Assembly: GCA_035604455.1 (NCBI GenBank)
Contig: DATNIM010000009.1
Location: 1,813 to 65,812 of the forward strand
Length of the DNA stretch: 64,000 nt
Source of the DNA: Gemmatimonadales bacterium
GTDB taxonomy: Bacteria; Gemmatimonadota; Gemmatimonadetes; Gemmatimonadales; GWC2-71-9
Direction: 5' to 3'
A model generated the notes under the pieces. That model saw only the letters and a program-made list of their open reading frames with translations, was not told the origin of the DNA and did not search any database. Below are positions 8,205-19,910 of the stretch, piece after piece. Position numbers and translations under genes: made by a program. The stretch's first letter is position 1; the number at the start of each line of letters is the position of its first letter.

Positions 8205-9130
8205 GGTCCGGCCTCGAGCAGTCGGCGGAACTCAACGACCGCCTCGCCGGCCCGCGGGGACGGCCGCCCGAACCGCGAACCGACGAGGACGATGATGCGC
8301 CCCGAGCGCACCGCGCGGATCGCCTGCCAAGCCAGGCCCTCGGGTCTCGTCCCCGCTCCACCACTGTCCGCGAAGACGACGAGGGCATCGGGATCGCGGG
8401 CGGCGATGGTCTCGAGTGACACGACGGCGGCCGGGCTCGCGAGGTCGTGGAAGACGTTCTCGGCACCGGCGAGCGCGGCGAGTTCGTCCAGGTAGCTCGC
8501 GCCTCCGATGACGGTGGGCGGGTTCTGCCAGGCGAGGATCGCAATCCGCAGCCCGAGCGCGGGGGCCTGACGCACGCTCGAAATGGCCGCGGCCACGGAG
8601 TCGCCCCGATCCGCGTGTCCGGTGAGCCGCCCCAGGATCCGCGCGTCACGAGCCAGCTCCACGAGGCGGTCTTGGCGCAGGAGGAGTGCCGCGATTCCCA
8701 AGCCGTTGAGACGGGTCGTCGCGACCATGTTCGTCGGGGAGTCGTAGAGCACAACCAGGTCCGGGTGTCGCGCGAGGATCGATTCGAGGTTCGGGCTCAG
8801 GCCGTCCCCGACGTTCGGGACCGCGCGCGCGGCGGGAGGATAGTCGCACCAGGTTGTGCGGCCCACGACTTGTACACCCGCGCCGAGTGCGAAGAGGAGC
8901 TCGGTGATCGCGGGGGAGAGCGACACGACCCGCTGGGCGGGGGCCGCGAGACGCACCGAGCGTCCCGCGTCGTCCGTGACGCCCAGGCCCTGGGCGGGCG
9001 CGCGCGTGCCGGCGCACAGCGCCACGCAGGCCGCAAGGTTGGTATATGCCAGTCGGCGCAAAGCAAAAATGCCCACCCCCGTCGGTGCGGAGATGGGCAA
9101 GCGCCTGCGCGTGGCGCGCAGCGCCACCAT
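8201..9130 (-). CDS. btuF: Periplasmic cobalamin/siderophore-binding protein (BtuF-like)
   Basis: 309-aa ORF with a signal/lipobox-like N-terminus. It matches the class III substrate-binding family (VVSLSPAITELLFALGAG, TWCDYPP, PNLESILARHPDLVVLY). It lies directly downstream of the cobalamin riboswitch. The exact start is uncertain because the SD GGAGG sits only 1 nt from the ATG. Confidence 0.85.
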   Translation of the reverse strand: MVALRATRRRLPISAPTGVGIFALRRLAYTNLAACVALCAGTRAPAQGLGVTDDAGRSVRLAAPAQRVVSLSPAITELLFALGAGVQVVGRTTWCDYPPAARAVPNVGDGLSPNLESILARHPDLVVLYDSPTNMVATTRLNGLGIAALLLRQDRLVELARDARILGRLTGHADRGDSVAAAISSVRQAPALGLRIAILAWQNPPTVIGGASYLDELAALAGAENVFHDLASPAAVVSLETIAARDPDALVVFADSGGAGTRPEGLAWQAIRAVRSGRIIVLVGSRFGRPSPRAGEAVVEFRRLLEAGP

Positions 9131-9135
9131 CCCTC

Positions 9136-9316
9136 CCGCGAGGGAATCTCAGGTGGCGCGAACGGAGAGGTCTCCTGGCTTCGGGCCCGCGGCTCGCCTT
9201 CCCGGTTTCCCAGTGGCGTGTAGAGCCGCGTTACAACTGATTGCCCGTTACAGTGGCGGGGCCGCGCCGGAGTTGCACCGGCTTCCGAAATTCCCCATTC
9301 GCTCTGACAACTGGGC
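9136..9316 (-). promoter_or_regulatory. Cobalamin (AdoCbl) riboswitch
   Basis: The minus strand reads ...GAATGGGGAAtttcggaaGCCGGTGCAACTCCGGCGCGGCCCCGCCACTGTAACGGG...CACGCCACTGGGAAACCGGGAAGGCgagccgcgggcccGAAGCCAGGAGACCTctcc... These are the conserved core, the B12 box GCCACTG and the AGCCAGGAGACCT element of RF00174. They are followed by a helix that encloses the SD and AUG of btuF. Confidence 0.9.
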
Positions 9317-9319
9317 GAG

Positions 9320-9348
9320 AGTCTAGCCCTTGCGTCGGCGGGGCGCAA
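9320..9348 (-). promoter_or_regulatory. Candidate sigma70-type promoter for the riboswitch/btu operon
   Basis: Minus strand TTGCGC-17 nt-TAGACT. The -10 overlaps the stop codon of the upstream gene, and the predicted TSS is near the 5' end of the riboswitch. Confidence 0.35.
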
Positions 9349-10216
9349 GCTCCGGCGGCGGTCGGCGCAGCGCGACCACCAAGCCGAACAGCAGCGCGAG
9401 CCCCGCTGCGCCGACGACCTCGGGGACGAGCGTCTGGACGCGAAACGGCGGGTTCGGAAAGTCGAACTCGATCGACGTGCCGGCCGGAACGGTCATGCCG
9501 CGATAGCGCGCGAACCGATGCTGGTCGACGGCCTGCACGCCGCCCATGTCGAGCCCGGGCCCGCGCACCACGGTCGTCGTGTCCTCGAGCAAGAGATCAA
9601 GCTCGCCCGTCACCTGGTCGATGGGGAGCTCGAAGCGCCGCGTCGTGGCCGGTAGGGTATAGGTATAGCTCAACTGTTTCGGGTCGCCGGGCGGAATCGG
9701 GCCGACGACGAGCACGCTGTCGCCGCGCTCATCGACCGCGTCGGGGGGGATGTCTCCCTGCCCCACGTCGAACTGAATCGTGCCGTGCGGCAGCCCGCCG
9801 CTCCACACGGGCCGCATGGTGTCGTTCGTGATCCGGGTGGTGGTGCCGGGGTTGTGGAGCTCCACGAACTCGAGGACCGAGCGCGTACCGTCGGTCTCCT
9901 TCGGGCGCTGGATCGTGACGAGCCGCCGCGCGACCTCGATCGGCGGCCCGGTCGAGCTCGTGTCATAGACGAAGATCGGCTGCAAGGTGGCGGCGCCTCC
10001 CGTGACCGGCACCGGCTCGGAGAAGTACGCGATCCCCCGGTACCAGTTCGAGACGACGTAGAACGCGGCGGTATCCACGTGCGGGATCGCCACGTGAAAC
10101 TCGCCCGCCGCACCCGTCCGCACGGAATCGACCGGGCCGCCCCGCCCCTGGGGCCGGACCGCCTCGAGCACGGCCCACGTGCCGGACAATGGGCGCCGGG
10201 TCGGGCCGTAAAGCAC
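9323..10216 (-). CDS. Carboxypeptidase-regulatory-like domain protein with a C-terminal membrane anchor
   Basis: 297-aa ORF from a GTG. The N-terminal region (IEVTGHVLYGP...TGAAGEFHVAIP) resembles CarboxypepD_reg domains. The C-terminal TM segment is LVPEVVGAAGLALLFGLVVAL. The in-frame upstream sequence encodes a signal peptide, so the true start is probably upstream (see findings). Confidence 0.7.
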   Translation of the reverse strand: MLYGPTRRPLSGTWAVLEAVRPQGRGGPVDSVRTGAAGEFHVAIPHVDTAAFYVVSNWYRGIAYFSEPVPVTGGAATLQPIFVYDTSSTGPPIEVARRLVTIQRPKETDGTRSVLEFVELHNPGTTTRITNDTMRPVWSGGLPHGTIQFDVGQGDIPPDAVDERGDSVLVVGPIPPGDPKQLSYTYTLPATTRRFELPIDQVTGELDLLLEDTTTVVRGPGLDMGGVQAVDQHRFARYRGMTVPAGTSIEFDFPNPPFRVQTLVPEVVGAAGLALLFGLVVALRRPPPELAPRRRKG

Positions 10217-10283
10217 GTGCCCGGTGACCTCGATGCGCTGTGCGGCAAGCGGGCTCGCGGCGAGCGCGAGGAGCGCGAGCGCC

Positions 10284-10790
10284 CTACGGCTTGAACTTGC
10301 CGAAATCTTCAGGATCGAGGTTCTGCAGGTAGGTCTTGAGGGCGTCCGCGTCGAGCCCCGTCGGACCCGGCGACTCGGCGGGCGTGCCCCCGGTGGTGTC
10401 GACCGAGGTCAGCGCGAGGAGACTCTCGCTCGTGAAGATGGGCGCCTTGAGCCGGAGCGCGATCGCGATCGAATCCGAGGGCCGGGCATCGATCTGGATC
10501 ACGGCGTCCCCACGATAGATGTGTAGCTCCGCGAAGTAGGTGTTGTCCTTGACTTGCGTGATGATCACCTTGCGCAATTCGGCGCCCAGGCCGACGATCA
10601 CCTGCTTCAGGAGATCGTGGGTGAGCGGCCGAGCGAACTTCACGCCGGCGAGCTCCATGGCAATGGCGCTCGCTTCCGCGGGTCCGATCCAGATCGGCAG
10701 CACACGCTCGCCGTCCCGCTCCTGCAGGATCACGACCGGGGTGTTGGTCGTGCGATCGAGCCCGAGGTGGGCGACGTGCACTTCGATCAC
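10284..10790 (-). CDS. Bifunctional nuclease family protein (BFN/DUF151)
   Basis: 168-aa ORF. LDRTTNTPVVILQERDGERVLPIWIGPAEASAIAMELAGVKFARPLTHDLL is characteristic of DUF151. Confidence 0.85.
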   Translation of the reverse strand: MIEVHVAHLGLDRTTNTPVVILQERDGERVLPIWIGPAEASAIAMELAGVKFARPLTHDLLKQVIVGLGAELRKVIITQVKDNTYFAELHIYRGDAVIQIDARPSDSIAIALRLKAPIFTSESLLALTSVDTTGGTPAESPGPTGLDADALKTYLQNLDPEDFGKFKP

Positions 10791-10800
10791 GGCGCGCGCA

Positions 10801-13367
<2,567 letters not shown>

Positions 13368-13400
13368 GGAATCGAGTGGACCTTCCGTTAAGGCTTGAGG

Positions 13401-15209
13401 CTAGCTGGAGGGCTTCAAACTAGCGGGCCGTTGGCTAGCGGGCAACCGGGCTTCGGGGTCGAGCAGCGCGATATCAACCGTTTCCGCCAGCCCCGACCGC
13501 AGTATGGCGAGGGCCTCGTCCGCGCCGCGGGCCTCGAGCGCCGCGGCCGCGGCCGTCCGCGCCTGCGGCATGCTCACCTGCCGGACGATCCACCTGATGA
13601 GCGGGAGCGCCGGGGGTGAGACCGACAGCACTGTGTAGCCCAAACCCAAGAGAAGGAACGCGTGCACGGGGTCGGACGCCATCTCCCCACACACGCTCGC
13701 GTGTTTGCCGGCAGCGCGAGCCGCGTCCGCGACCATCTTGAGGAGTCGGAGCACGCTCGGATCGTGCGATGCGAACCGGTCGGCCAAGCGCGCGTTCCCA
13801 CGATCCACGACCAGCGTGTACTGCGTGAGGTCGTTGGTGCCGACGCTCACGAAATCACTTGCGGCTACGAACCGGTCGGCCAGCACCGCGGCGGCCGGCG
13901 TCTCGATCATGACGCCGATGCGGAGCTTCCGCGCGGCCGCGATCCCCTCGGCCGCCAAATGCTCGGCCTCGGCCGCGACCAGGGCCTGGGTGCGCTCAAC
14001 TTCGTCGAGCCGCGTGACGAGCGGGATCATGAGCCAGATGTCGGCGCGGGCCGCGGCGCGCAGGATGGCGCGCACCTGCCCGCGGAAGAGCTCCGGCTGA
14101 TCGAGACACACCCGGATCGCCCGCCACCCGAGGAACGGGTTCGCTTCCACGGGAGCGCGAAACGGGGCCGGGAGCTTGTCGCCCCCGAGATCGTAGGTGC
14201 GCACGACCACGGGCTGCCCAGGGAACGCAGCCCCGACACGCGCGAAATACGCGGCCTGCTCGTCCTCCGTGGGCATGGCGCTCCGGCCAGTGATGAAGAA
14301 TTCGGTGCGCAACAGCCCCACCCCTTCGGCCCCGTGCTCCTTCACCGTCGCGATTTCGTCGGGGAGGTCGATGTTGCCCCAGAGGGTCACGCGCACCCCA
14401 TCCGTCGTGACGGCGGGCTGACTGATGACCTCGCTCAGGTCCGTGTCGAGCGCCTTGCGGGCCGTCTCGCGCCGGCGGGACGCGGCGAGCTCGGGCGCGC
14501 TCGGCCGCAGGAGCACCGTGCCCTGGGTACCGTCCACGACGAGCGGCGTGCCCGGCGCGATGCGGGTGATGGCGTCGGACAGGCCCATCACGGCCGGAAT
14601 GCCCATCGAATGCGCGAGGATCGCCGCATGCGACGTCCGGGTCCCCTCTTCGCTCACGAGCCCCACCACGCGGTCGCGCGGCAACTGGACCGTCAAGCCC
14701 GGCGCGATTTCCCGTGCCACGACGACGCACGGCTCGGTCACAGTGTCCCAGAGCTCATTGTGCCCGCGGTGCAAGAGGTGCTCGAGGACCCGAATCACGA
14801 CGCCTTCTAGGTCGACGAGCCGCTCCTTGAGCCGCTGGCTTCCCGTGGCCGCCCAGAGATCGCGGACCTCAAGCGCCTTGAACTCATAGGCCTTCTCGGC
14901 GGTGAGGTGGCTCTGGCGGATCAGGCTCTCGACGTCGGCCAGAAAGTCGTGGTCCTCGAGCATGAGCAGCTGCGCATCGAAGATGCGGGCTTCGTCGGCG
15001 CCGGCGCGATCTGCCGCCGTCGCCTTGAGTTCGAGGAGGTGGCGCTTCACGTCGCTCACTGCCGCCTTGAGCCGGCGCACCTCCTTCCCGACTTGGGTTC
15101 GGGGCACGACCTTGCTCGGGACCTCGGGCATCGTCCAACGCACGATCAGGGCCGGCCCGATCGCGATGCCGGGCGAGACGCCGATCCCGCGCAGGAGGCG
15201 CTCGCTCAC
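13401..15209 (-). CDS. ptsI: Phosphoenolpyruvate-protein phosphotransferase (PTS Enzyme I)
   Basis: 602-aa ORF with the EI motifs GTRTSHAAILAHSMGIPAV and the PEP-utilising domain FVSVGTNDLTQY. Confidence 0.93.
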   Translation of the reverse strand: MSERLLRGIGVSPGIAIGPALIVRWTMPEVPSKVVPRTQVGKEVRRLKAAVSDVKRHLLELKATAADRAGADEARIFDAQLLMLEDHDFLADVESLIRQSHLTAEKAYEFKALEVRDLWAATGSQRLKERLVDLEGVVIRVLEHLLHRGHNELWDTVTEPCVVVAREIAPGLTVQLPRDRVVGLVSEEGTRTSHAAILAHSMGIPAVMGLSDAITRIAPGTPLVVDGTQGTVLLRPSAPELAASRRRETARKALDTDLSEVISQPAVTTDGVRVTLWGNIDLPDEIATVKEHGAEGVGLLRTEFFITGRSAMPTEDEQAAYFARVGAAFPGQPVVVRTYDLGGDKLPAPFRAPVEANPFLGWRAIRVCLDQPELFRGQVRAILRAAARADIWLMIPLVTRLDEVERTQALVAAEAEHLAAEGIAAARKLRIGVMIETPAAAVLADRFVAASDFVSVGTNDLTQYTLVVDRGNARLADRFASHDPSVLRLLKMVADAARAAGKHASVCGEMASDPVHAFLLLGLGYTVLSVSPPALPLIRWIVRQVSMPQARTAAAAALEARGADEALAILRSGLAETVDIALLDPEARLPASQRPASLKPSS

Positions 15210-15517
15210 GAAGCCGCCTCCTCAGCCAGGTCGTCGTCGATCCCGCCCATCTCGTGGAACCCGTCCGCCACGAGAGCGAGGAGTGCGGCCATGGCGTCCT
15301 GCGCGTCTTCTCCATCAGCCCGAATGACAACCGAGGACCCGAATTCGGCCGCGAGCATCATCACCCCCATGATGCTTTTCCCGTTCACCGTCAGGTCGCC
15401 TTTGCGAACCTCGACGCGCGACCGGAACCGAGACGCAGTCTTCACAAACTCGGCCGCCGGCCGAGCATGCATGCCGAGGGGGTTGACGATCGGAGCGTCG
15501 CGCTCGATCACCGCCAC
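15206..15517 (-). CDS. ptsH: Phosphocarrier protein HPr
   Basis: C-terminal part of ORF 15206..15919. It has the His-15 motif NPLGMHARPAAEFV and the Ser-46 motif NGKSIMGVMML. Three in-frame GTG codons (15517-15529) are possible starts. Confidence 0.85.
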   Translation of the reverse strand: MAVIERDAPIVNPLGMHARPAAEFVKTASRFRSRVEVRKGDLTVNGKSIMGVMMLAAEFGSSVVIRADGEDAQDAMAALLALVADGFHEMGGIDDDLAEEAAS

Positions 15518-16248
15518 ACCCACCCAACCACAAGCGACACGGCGAGCACTCCAAGCCCGAAGCGCAGGCCGGTGAGGGCGCGCCGCCACTGCAGCAGGCC
15601 CAGACCCGCCGCGGCGATGCCGGCAACGGCGAGTCGCGCCCAGCCCGGGAACGGGCTCGCGAGGTACGCAGCCGTCAGCGGGAGTGCCGCGCCCACGGCG
15701 AGGGGGGTCGCCACGCCAAACAGCGCGTCGGCCCGCTGCAGCGCCGGCTCCCGCAAGGCCTCGACCACGCGGTGACCGCGCGACCAGCCGGCCTTGAGCG
15801 CCCAGGCGCGGAGCCAGACGTGCCCCAGATTGTAGAGGGCGAGGAACCCCACCACGGCCCACCACCCCCACCCCAGGGCCACGCCAATCAGCATCAGCGC
15901 CGCGTTCAGCGGCAGCCATTCGGCCCAGACCAGGCGGTCGCCCAGCGATCCAAGCGGCCCGCCCAGGGCGAGACGCAAGCGCTCGATCTGCGCGGGCTCG
16001 ATCCCGTCGTGCTCAGCACGGGCGACCGCACCGACGGCCATCCCGCCGAGGTAGGGATGCGCGTTGAAGAGCCGGGCGCCGCGCGCGAGCGCGGCGCGGT
16101 ACTCGCGCTCGCCCCTTCCACCTCCGAGATCGCGCAGCAGCGGCTCCTCGGCCACCGCGAACCCCACGCCCTGGAGGCGTTCGTAGTTCCAGGACCCCTG
16201 CAACGTGAAAAGCCGCAGGAGCACGCGGGCCAGCGGGGGACGCTTCAT
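15508..16248 (-). CDS. PTS mannose/fructose/sorbose family EIID component
   Basis: Last 246 aa of ORF 15508..17025, from MKRPPLARVLLRLFTLQGSWNYERLQGVGF... It has the EIID-AGA motifs (NYERLQ, LFNAHPY) and is a polytopic membrane protein. Confidence 0.8.
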   Translation of the reverse strand: MKRPPLARVLLRLFTLQGSWNYERLQGVGFAVAEEPLLRDLGGGRGEREYRAALARGARLFNAHPYLGGMAVGAVARAEHDGIEPAQIERLRLALGGPLGSLGDRLVWAEWLPLNAALMLIGVALGWGWWAVVGFLALYNLGHVWLRAWALKAGWSRGHRVVEALREPALQRADALFGVATPLAVGAALPLTAAYLASPFPGWARLAVAGIAAAGLGLLQWRRALTGLRFGLGVLAVSLVVGWVWR

Positions 16249-16925
16249 CGCAGCCACGCACCGAGCGTCCCGAGAACGACACCCGCCACGAGCCACGCGA
16301 AGTTCACACGGCGGCCGACCAAGTTGAGCGTGCCGTTGCTCCCCGCGGCGATCGCTGCACCGGTCGCGGCCGCGGCGACGACGATCGCCCCTCGGGCAGT
16401 CAGGGTCCCCACCATGTAGGTCCGTACGAGCGCCGCGAGGACCAGGCCGGTCGCCGTGACCAGCATGCCGCGCAGGGCATCGCGTCCGAGAGCGGTCGCG
16501 TGCACGCGCACGATGGTGTCCGGATCTCCCGCCTCGAGTCCCGCAGTGGCCCGGCGGACCGCACGGGTATTGAGTGGCCGGAGCGCCCAGTGCACGCTGA
16601 TGCCGCCCACGAGCCCTGTGAACATCCCGACCACCACCCCAAGGCCCACGCCCAAGGCCCCCGCCGCGGCATGGGCCGCCGCGACTCCGGCGACCGTGGC
16701 GGGACCATACTCGGGGTAGCGCGCCGCGCCGAGCGGGAGGATGTCGAGCTGGAGGAGCTCGAACAGCATCCCGAGTCTCAGTCCCGTACCCACATCCCCG
16801 AGGATCGCCCCCGCCACCGTGCCGGCCACGAGCGGGCGCGCGATCATGACCTGCGGGACGCTCGCCAGATCGAGCCCGACGAGCGTGCCCCAGGCTTCGA
16901 GCAGGAGCGCGGGCTCCGGTCTCAT
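16245..16925 (-). CDS. PTS mannose-family EIIC component
   Basis: Last 226 aa of ORF 16245..17183, from MRPEPALLLEAW... It has the EII-Sor motifs (ARPLVAGTVAGAILGD, LFELLQLDILPLGAA). It has 4-nt overlaps on both sides. Confidence 0.8.
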   Translation of the reverse strand: MRPEPALLLEAWGTLVGLDLASVPQVMIARPLVAGTVAGAILGDVGTGLRLGMLFELLQLDILPLGAARYPEYGPATVAGVAAAHAAAGALGVGLGVVVGMFTGLVGGISVHWALRPLNTRAVRRATAGLEAGDPDTIVRVHATALGRDALRGMLVTATGLVLAALVRTYMVGTLTARGAIVVAAAATGAAIAAGSNGTLNLVGRRVNFAWLVAGVVLGTLGAWLR

Positions 16926-17395
16926 GTGAATTCCTCGACCGGAACGGCCCGGGCGCTCGGGACGTCCTGCGCGCTGATTTCGACGCCCTGAGCCGCAAGC
17001 TCTCGCAGCTGCGCCGCTTCGGCATCGGACAAGTACACGTAGCGGAGCCGCTCGGCCCGACCGGTACGCTGGTGCAGCCCGCCGACGTTGATGCGCGTGA
17101 CCCGACGAGTGTGCCGCGCGAGATCGGCGAGCGCGGCGATGTCCCCCGCGACGACGATCCCGGTGCGACTGTCCGCCTCCCATTCCGCGACGCGCGCCGT
17201 CGCCTCGGCCACCGAGGCGAAGAAGACTTCGATGTGCGGGGGCACGCTCATGCGATAGAGATCCTGTTCCCAGTCGTTGGCGCGCACGCCGTCGTCGACG
17301 AGCGCGATGAATCCGACGTGGAGCGGCTGGCCCCAGCCCACGACAACTTGGCCGTGGATGAGACGGTCGTCGAGGCGGTACAACTTGACCGTCAT
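16922..17395 (-). CDS. PTS mannose-family EIIB component
   Basis: Last 157 aa of ORF 16922..17566, from MTVKLYRLDDRLIHGQVVVGW. The RLIHGQV phospho-His motif is present. Confidence 0.85.
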   Translation of the reverse strand: MTVKLYRLDDRLIHGQVVVGWGQPLHVGFIALVDDGVRANDWEQDLYRMSVPPHIEVFFASVAEATARVAEWEADSRTGIVVAGDIAALADLARHTRRVTRINVGGLHQRTGRAERLRYVYLSDAEAAQLRELAAQGVEISAQDVPSARAVPVEEFT

Positions 17396-17769
17396 GCAGC
17401 GGGCGTGCGGATCGCCCGGGTCCCTGCGGCGGCGGCGCGCGCGGCGGCCTCGGCCGGCGAGAGCTCGCGATGAAACACGAAGTCGAGCAGCATCGCGAGG
17501 TTCACCCCGGTGACGACGCTCAACCCGGGGCGGCCCCGCGCGTAGCTCACCGCTCCCGTCAGGCACGACCCCCCCGGGAGGTCGATGAACAGCACCCCGG
17601 GCTGGTCACCTACCGCATCGCCCAGCTTTTCCGCGAGCGCGGCGCGGTCGCAGCCATCGTTGCTGACCGGAACGAGCGCGCCGGTGACGCCGGTGATCGC
17701 CTCGACGGCAGTGATCAGGGCCCGCGCCACCGCGGCGTGCGAAACGATGATGCCGCGCAGCTCACTCAT
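17392..17769 (-). CDS. PTS mannose-family EIIA component
   Basis: 125-aa ORF with RGIIVSHAAVA (active His), FIDLPGGSC and VTGVNLAMLL. Confidence 0.85.
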   Translation of the reverse strand: MSELRGIIVSHAAVARALITAVEAITGVTGALVPVSNDGCDRAALAEKLGDAVGDQPGVLFIDLPGGSCLTGAVSYARGRPGLSVVTGVNLAMLLDFVFHRELSPAEAAARAAAAGTRAIRTPAA

Positions 17770-18727
17770 AGTCTTGCTCGAGGTACTCGGCGAGCTCCCG
17801 CGGCTCGGCCGTCTGTCGCAGGAGTCGCTCGTTGAACTGCTTCGCCGAGTCGACCCCGCTGTAGCGGAGCAAATGGTTCATCGCCACCACTTCGCAGATC
17901 ACGGTGAGGTTCTTCCCGGGGTTGAGCGGCACCGTGACAATGGGCAAGGGGACATCGATAATCGTCGTCTTGGCGCGGTCCAAGCCGGTGCGGTCGTACT
18001 CCTTGGACGCGTCCCAGTCCGCGAGTTGAACCACGACCTCGATCCGTTTCTGCTGGCGCACTGCTCGGATCCCGAAGAGCGCCTGGATGTCGATCAGCCC
18101 GACCCCGCGGATCTCCATATAGTGGCGCGCCAGGTCGTGGCCGCGGCCGATCAACACGTCATGCCCCAGCCGCTTGATGTGGACGATATCGTCCGCGACG
18201 AGCCGGTGCCCCCGCTCGACCAAGTCGAGCACGCATTCGCTCTTGCCGATCCCCGAGCGCCCGATGAAGAGCAGGCCAACGCCGAACACGTCGGCGAGCG
18301 ATCCGTGCATGGTCGTATTCGGGGCGAATGCATCGTCCAGGAACGGCTTCAGCCGCCGATAGAACTCGGCCGTTCGGAGCTTCGTGCGGATCACCGCGAT
18401 GCCCTTGGTGCGGGCGAACGCGACAAGGTCGGCGGGGGGCTCCTGTCCCTTGGTGATGACCACGCACGGCAAGTCGAACGTGAAGAACGTCTCGAGCCGC
18501 TGGCGGCGCGCCTCCTCATCGAGGGAGCCGAGGTAGGTGACCTCCGTCTGCCCGAGCACGTGGATTCGGCTCTGCGCGAAGCGCGCCGTGAACCCCGCGA
18601 GCACGAGCCCGGGGCTCGACGCCTCGGGGGTGGGCATGACGCGGTCCAAGCCCACGTCGCCGGTCAGGGCCTCGAGTTGGAGCAGATCGCCCTTTCGCTC
18701 GAGGAGATCTCGGACGCGCGGAGGCAT
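17762..18727 (-). CDS. hprK: HPr kinase/phosphorylase
   Basis: ORF 17762..18871 trimmed to the ATG at 18727 (MPPRVRDLLE...). It has the P-loop GRSGIGKSECVLDLVERGHRLVADD and MEIRGVGLIDI. Confidence 0.92.
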   Translation of the reverse strand: MPPRVRDLLERKGDLLQLEALTGDVGLDRVMPTPEASSPGLVLAGFTARFAQSRIHVLGQTEVTYLGSLDEEARRQRLETFFTFDLPCVVITKGQEPPADLVAFARTKGIAVIRTKLRTAEFYRRLKPFLDDAFAPNTTMHGSLADVFGVGLLFIGRSGIGKSECVLDLVERGHRLVADDIVHIKRLGHDVLIGRGHDLARHYMEIRGVGLIDIQALFGIRAVRQQKRIEVVVQLADWDASKEYDRTGLDRAKTTIIDVPLPIVTVPLNPGKNLTVICEVVAMNHLLRYSGVDSAKQFNERLLRQTAEPRELAEYLEQDYE

Positions 18728-18791
18728 TAGCGAGGCGCTCGGGATGCGAGCAGGCGTGAGCCGCGCGAGCGCCTGATCGGGTTTTGCATAA

Positions 18792-19910
18792 TCAGCCTCC
18801 GCGGGCGATGATGCGTTCCAGGTGCGCCTCGGTCCCGCTCGCGGCGCGCTCCCAGGACAGGCCGGTCGCAAACGCCCGCGCGTTCCGGCCGAGGCGCTCG
18901 ACCAGCGCCGGGGTCGTGGCGAGCTCGACCATGCGAGCGCCGAGGGCCGCCGCGTCGCCGTGCGGCACGAGATACCCTGTCTCCCCGTGCCGCACCGACT
19001 CGCGCAGGCCCGGGCTGTCGGACGCGAGCGCCGCAGTTCCGCACGCCGCCGCTTCTACGTTTGAGATCCCCCACCCTTCCTTGGGACTCGGGAACACCAC
19101 GGCCCACGCCTGACGCATAAGGCGGCGTTTCTCCTCTTCTGACACGAAGCCGAGGAAGCGCGCGTCCTCCGCGATCCCGAGGGCGCCCGCCAAGCGTTCG
19201 AGGCGCGGGCGGTCGTCCCCGTGCCCGGCAATATCGAGCCGCGGCCGCACCCCCGCCTGCCGGGCGCGGGCGAGCGCGCGCAACGCGGTCTCCACTCCTT
19301 TATAACGCTTCAAACGCCCGACATACAAGAACGTCGGAGTGGGGGCGCGAGGCGTCGCGGGATCCGGGACGTATCGGGTCGCATCAACCCCGGGATAAAT
19401 GACCTCGATCCGCTCGCGGGGCACGCCGCGGCGCACGAGGTCGTCGCGGGTGCTCTCAGAAATCGCGTGGAACCCGGCCCGCCGGTACCCCCATGCGAAG
19501 GGGCGTTCGGCGGTCCAGACGATGGTGGCCACGATCCAATTGGCCTCGGCGAAGGCCGTGGTGCCGAACAGGTGGGGCACGATGGCGCAGAACGGCAGCG
19601 GCCGGGCGAGACCGGCCAAGTAGAGCGGCAGTTTATTGATGTCCTCCACGACGATGTCGAAAGGCCCGGTCGCGAGGCGGGCCCGGACGGCGGAGCGCGC
19701 CTGCAGCGCGAAGCTGTGTCGGCCTCCCAAGCGGTGCACGTGCAAGCCGTCGAGCTCGGCGCGCGCCGGGGCTCCCGGCCAGCCGCTCGTCACCAGGTCG
19801 ATCTCGTGCCCGCGCTGGGCGAGGCGCCCGAAGATCTCGTGCAGGTGGACCTCGGCACCCCCGGCCTGCGGATTCTCCCGATCATTCCAATTGACGACGA
19901 GGATCCTCAC
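18792..19910 (-). CDS. Glycosyltransferase family 4 (GT-B fold)
   Basis: Part of ORF 18792..20267 from the GTG at 19910 (VRILVVNWNDRENPQAGGAEVH...). It has the C-terminal EEGWGISNVEAAACGT motif. It has a GTGA overlap with the nusB stop. Confidence 0.8.
   Translation of the reverse strand: MRILVVNWNDRENPQAGGAEVHLHEIFGRLAQRGHEIDLVTSGWPGAPARAELDGLHVHRLGGRHSFALQARSAVRARLATGPFDIVVEDINKLPLYLAGLARPLPFCAIVPHLFGTTAFAEANWIVATIVWTAERPFAWGYRRAGFHAISESTRDDLVRRGVPRERIEVIYPGVDATRYVPDPATPRAPTPTFLYVGRLKRYKGVETALRALARARQAGVRPRLDIAGHGDDRPRLERLAGALGIAEDARFLGFVSEEEKRRLMRQAWAVVFPSPKEGWGISNVEAAACGTAALASDSPGLRESVRHGETGYLVPHGDAAALGARMVELATTPALVERLGRNARAFATGLSWERAASGTEAHLERIIARGG

Noticed and set aside
6481-8754. Long N-terminal extensions of real genes in the ORF track: 6481..8754, 15508..17025, 20301..21827, 21976..23412, 22542..24341, 24712..26424, 41869..43812, 51030..52406 and 53224..55542.
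   Set aside because: The extensions run through the upstream gene in a different frame and carry no homology. In each case an internal ATG or GTG sits at a stop/start overlap or short gap with the upstream gene and yields a protein of normal length, so I trimmed the calls.
13368-13400. A SAM riboswitch upstream of metK.
   Set aside because: The spacer is only 33 nt and shows no SAM-I/II/IV core motifs.
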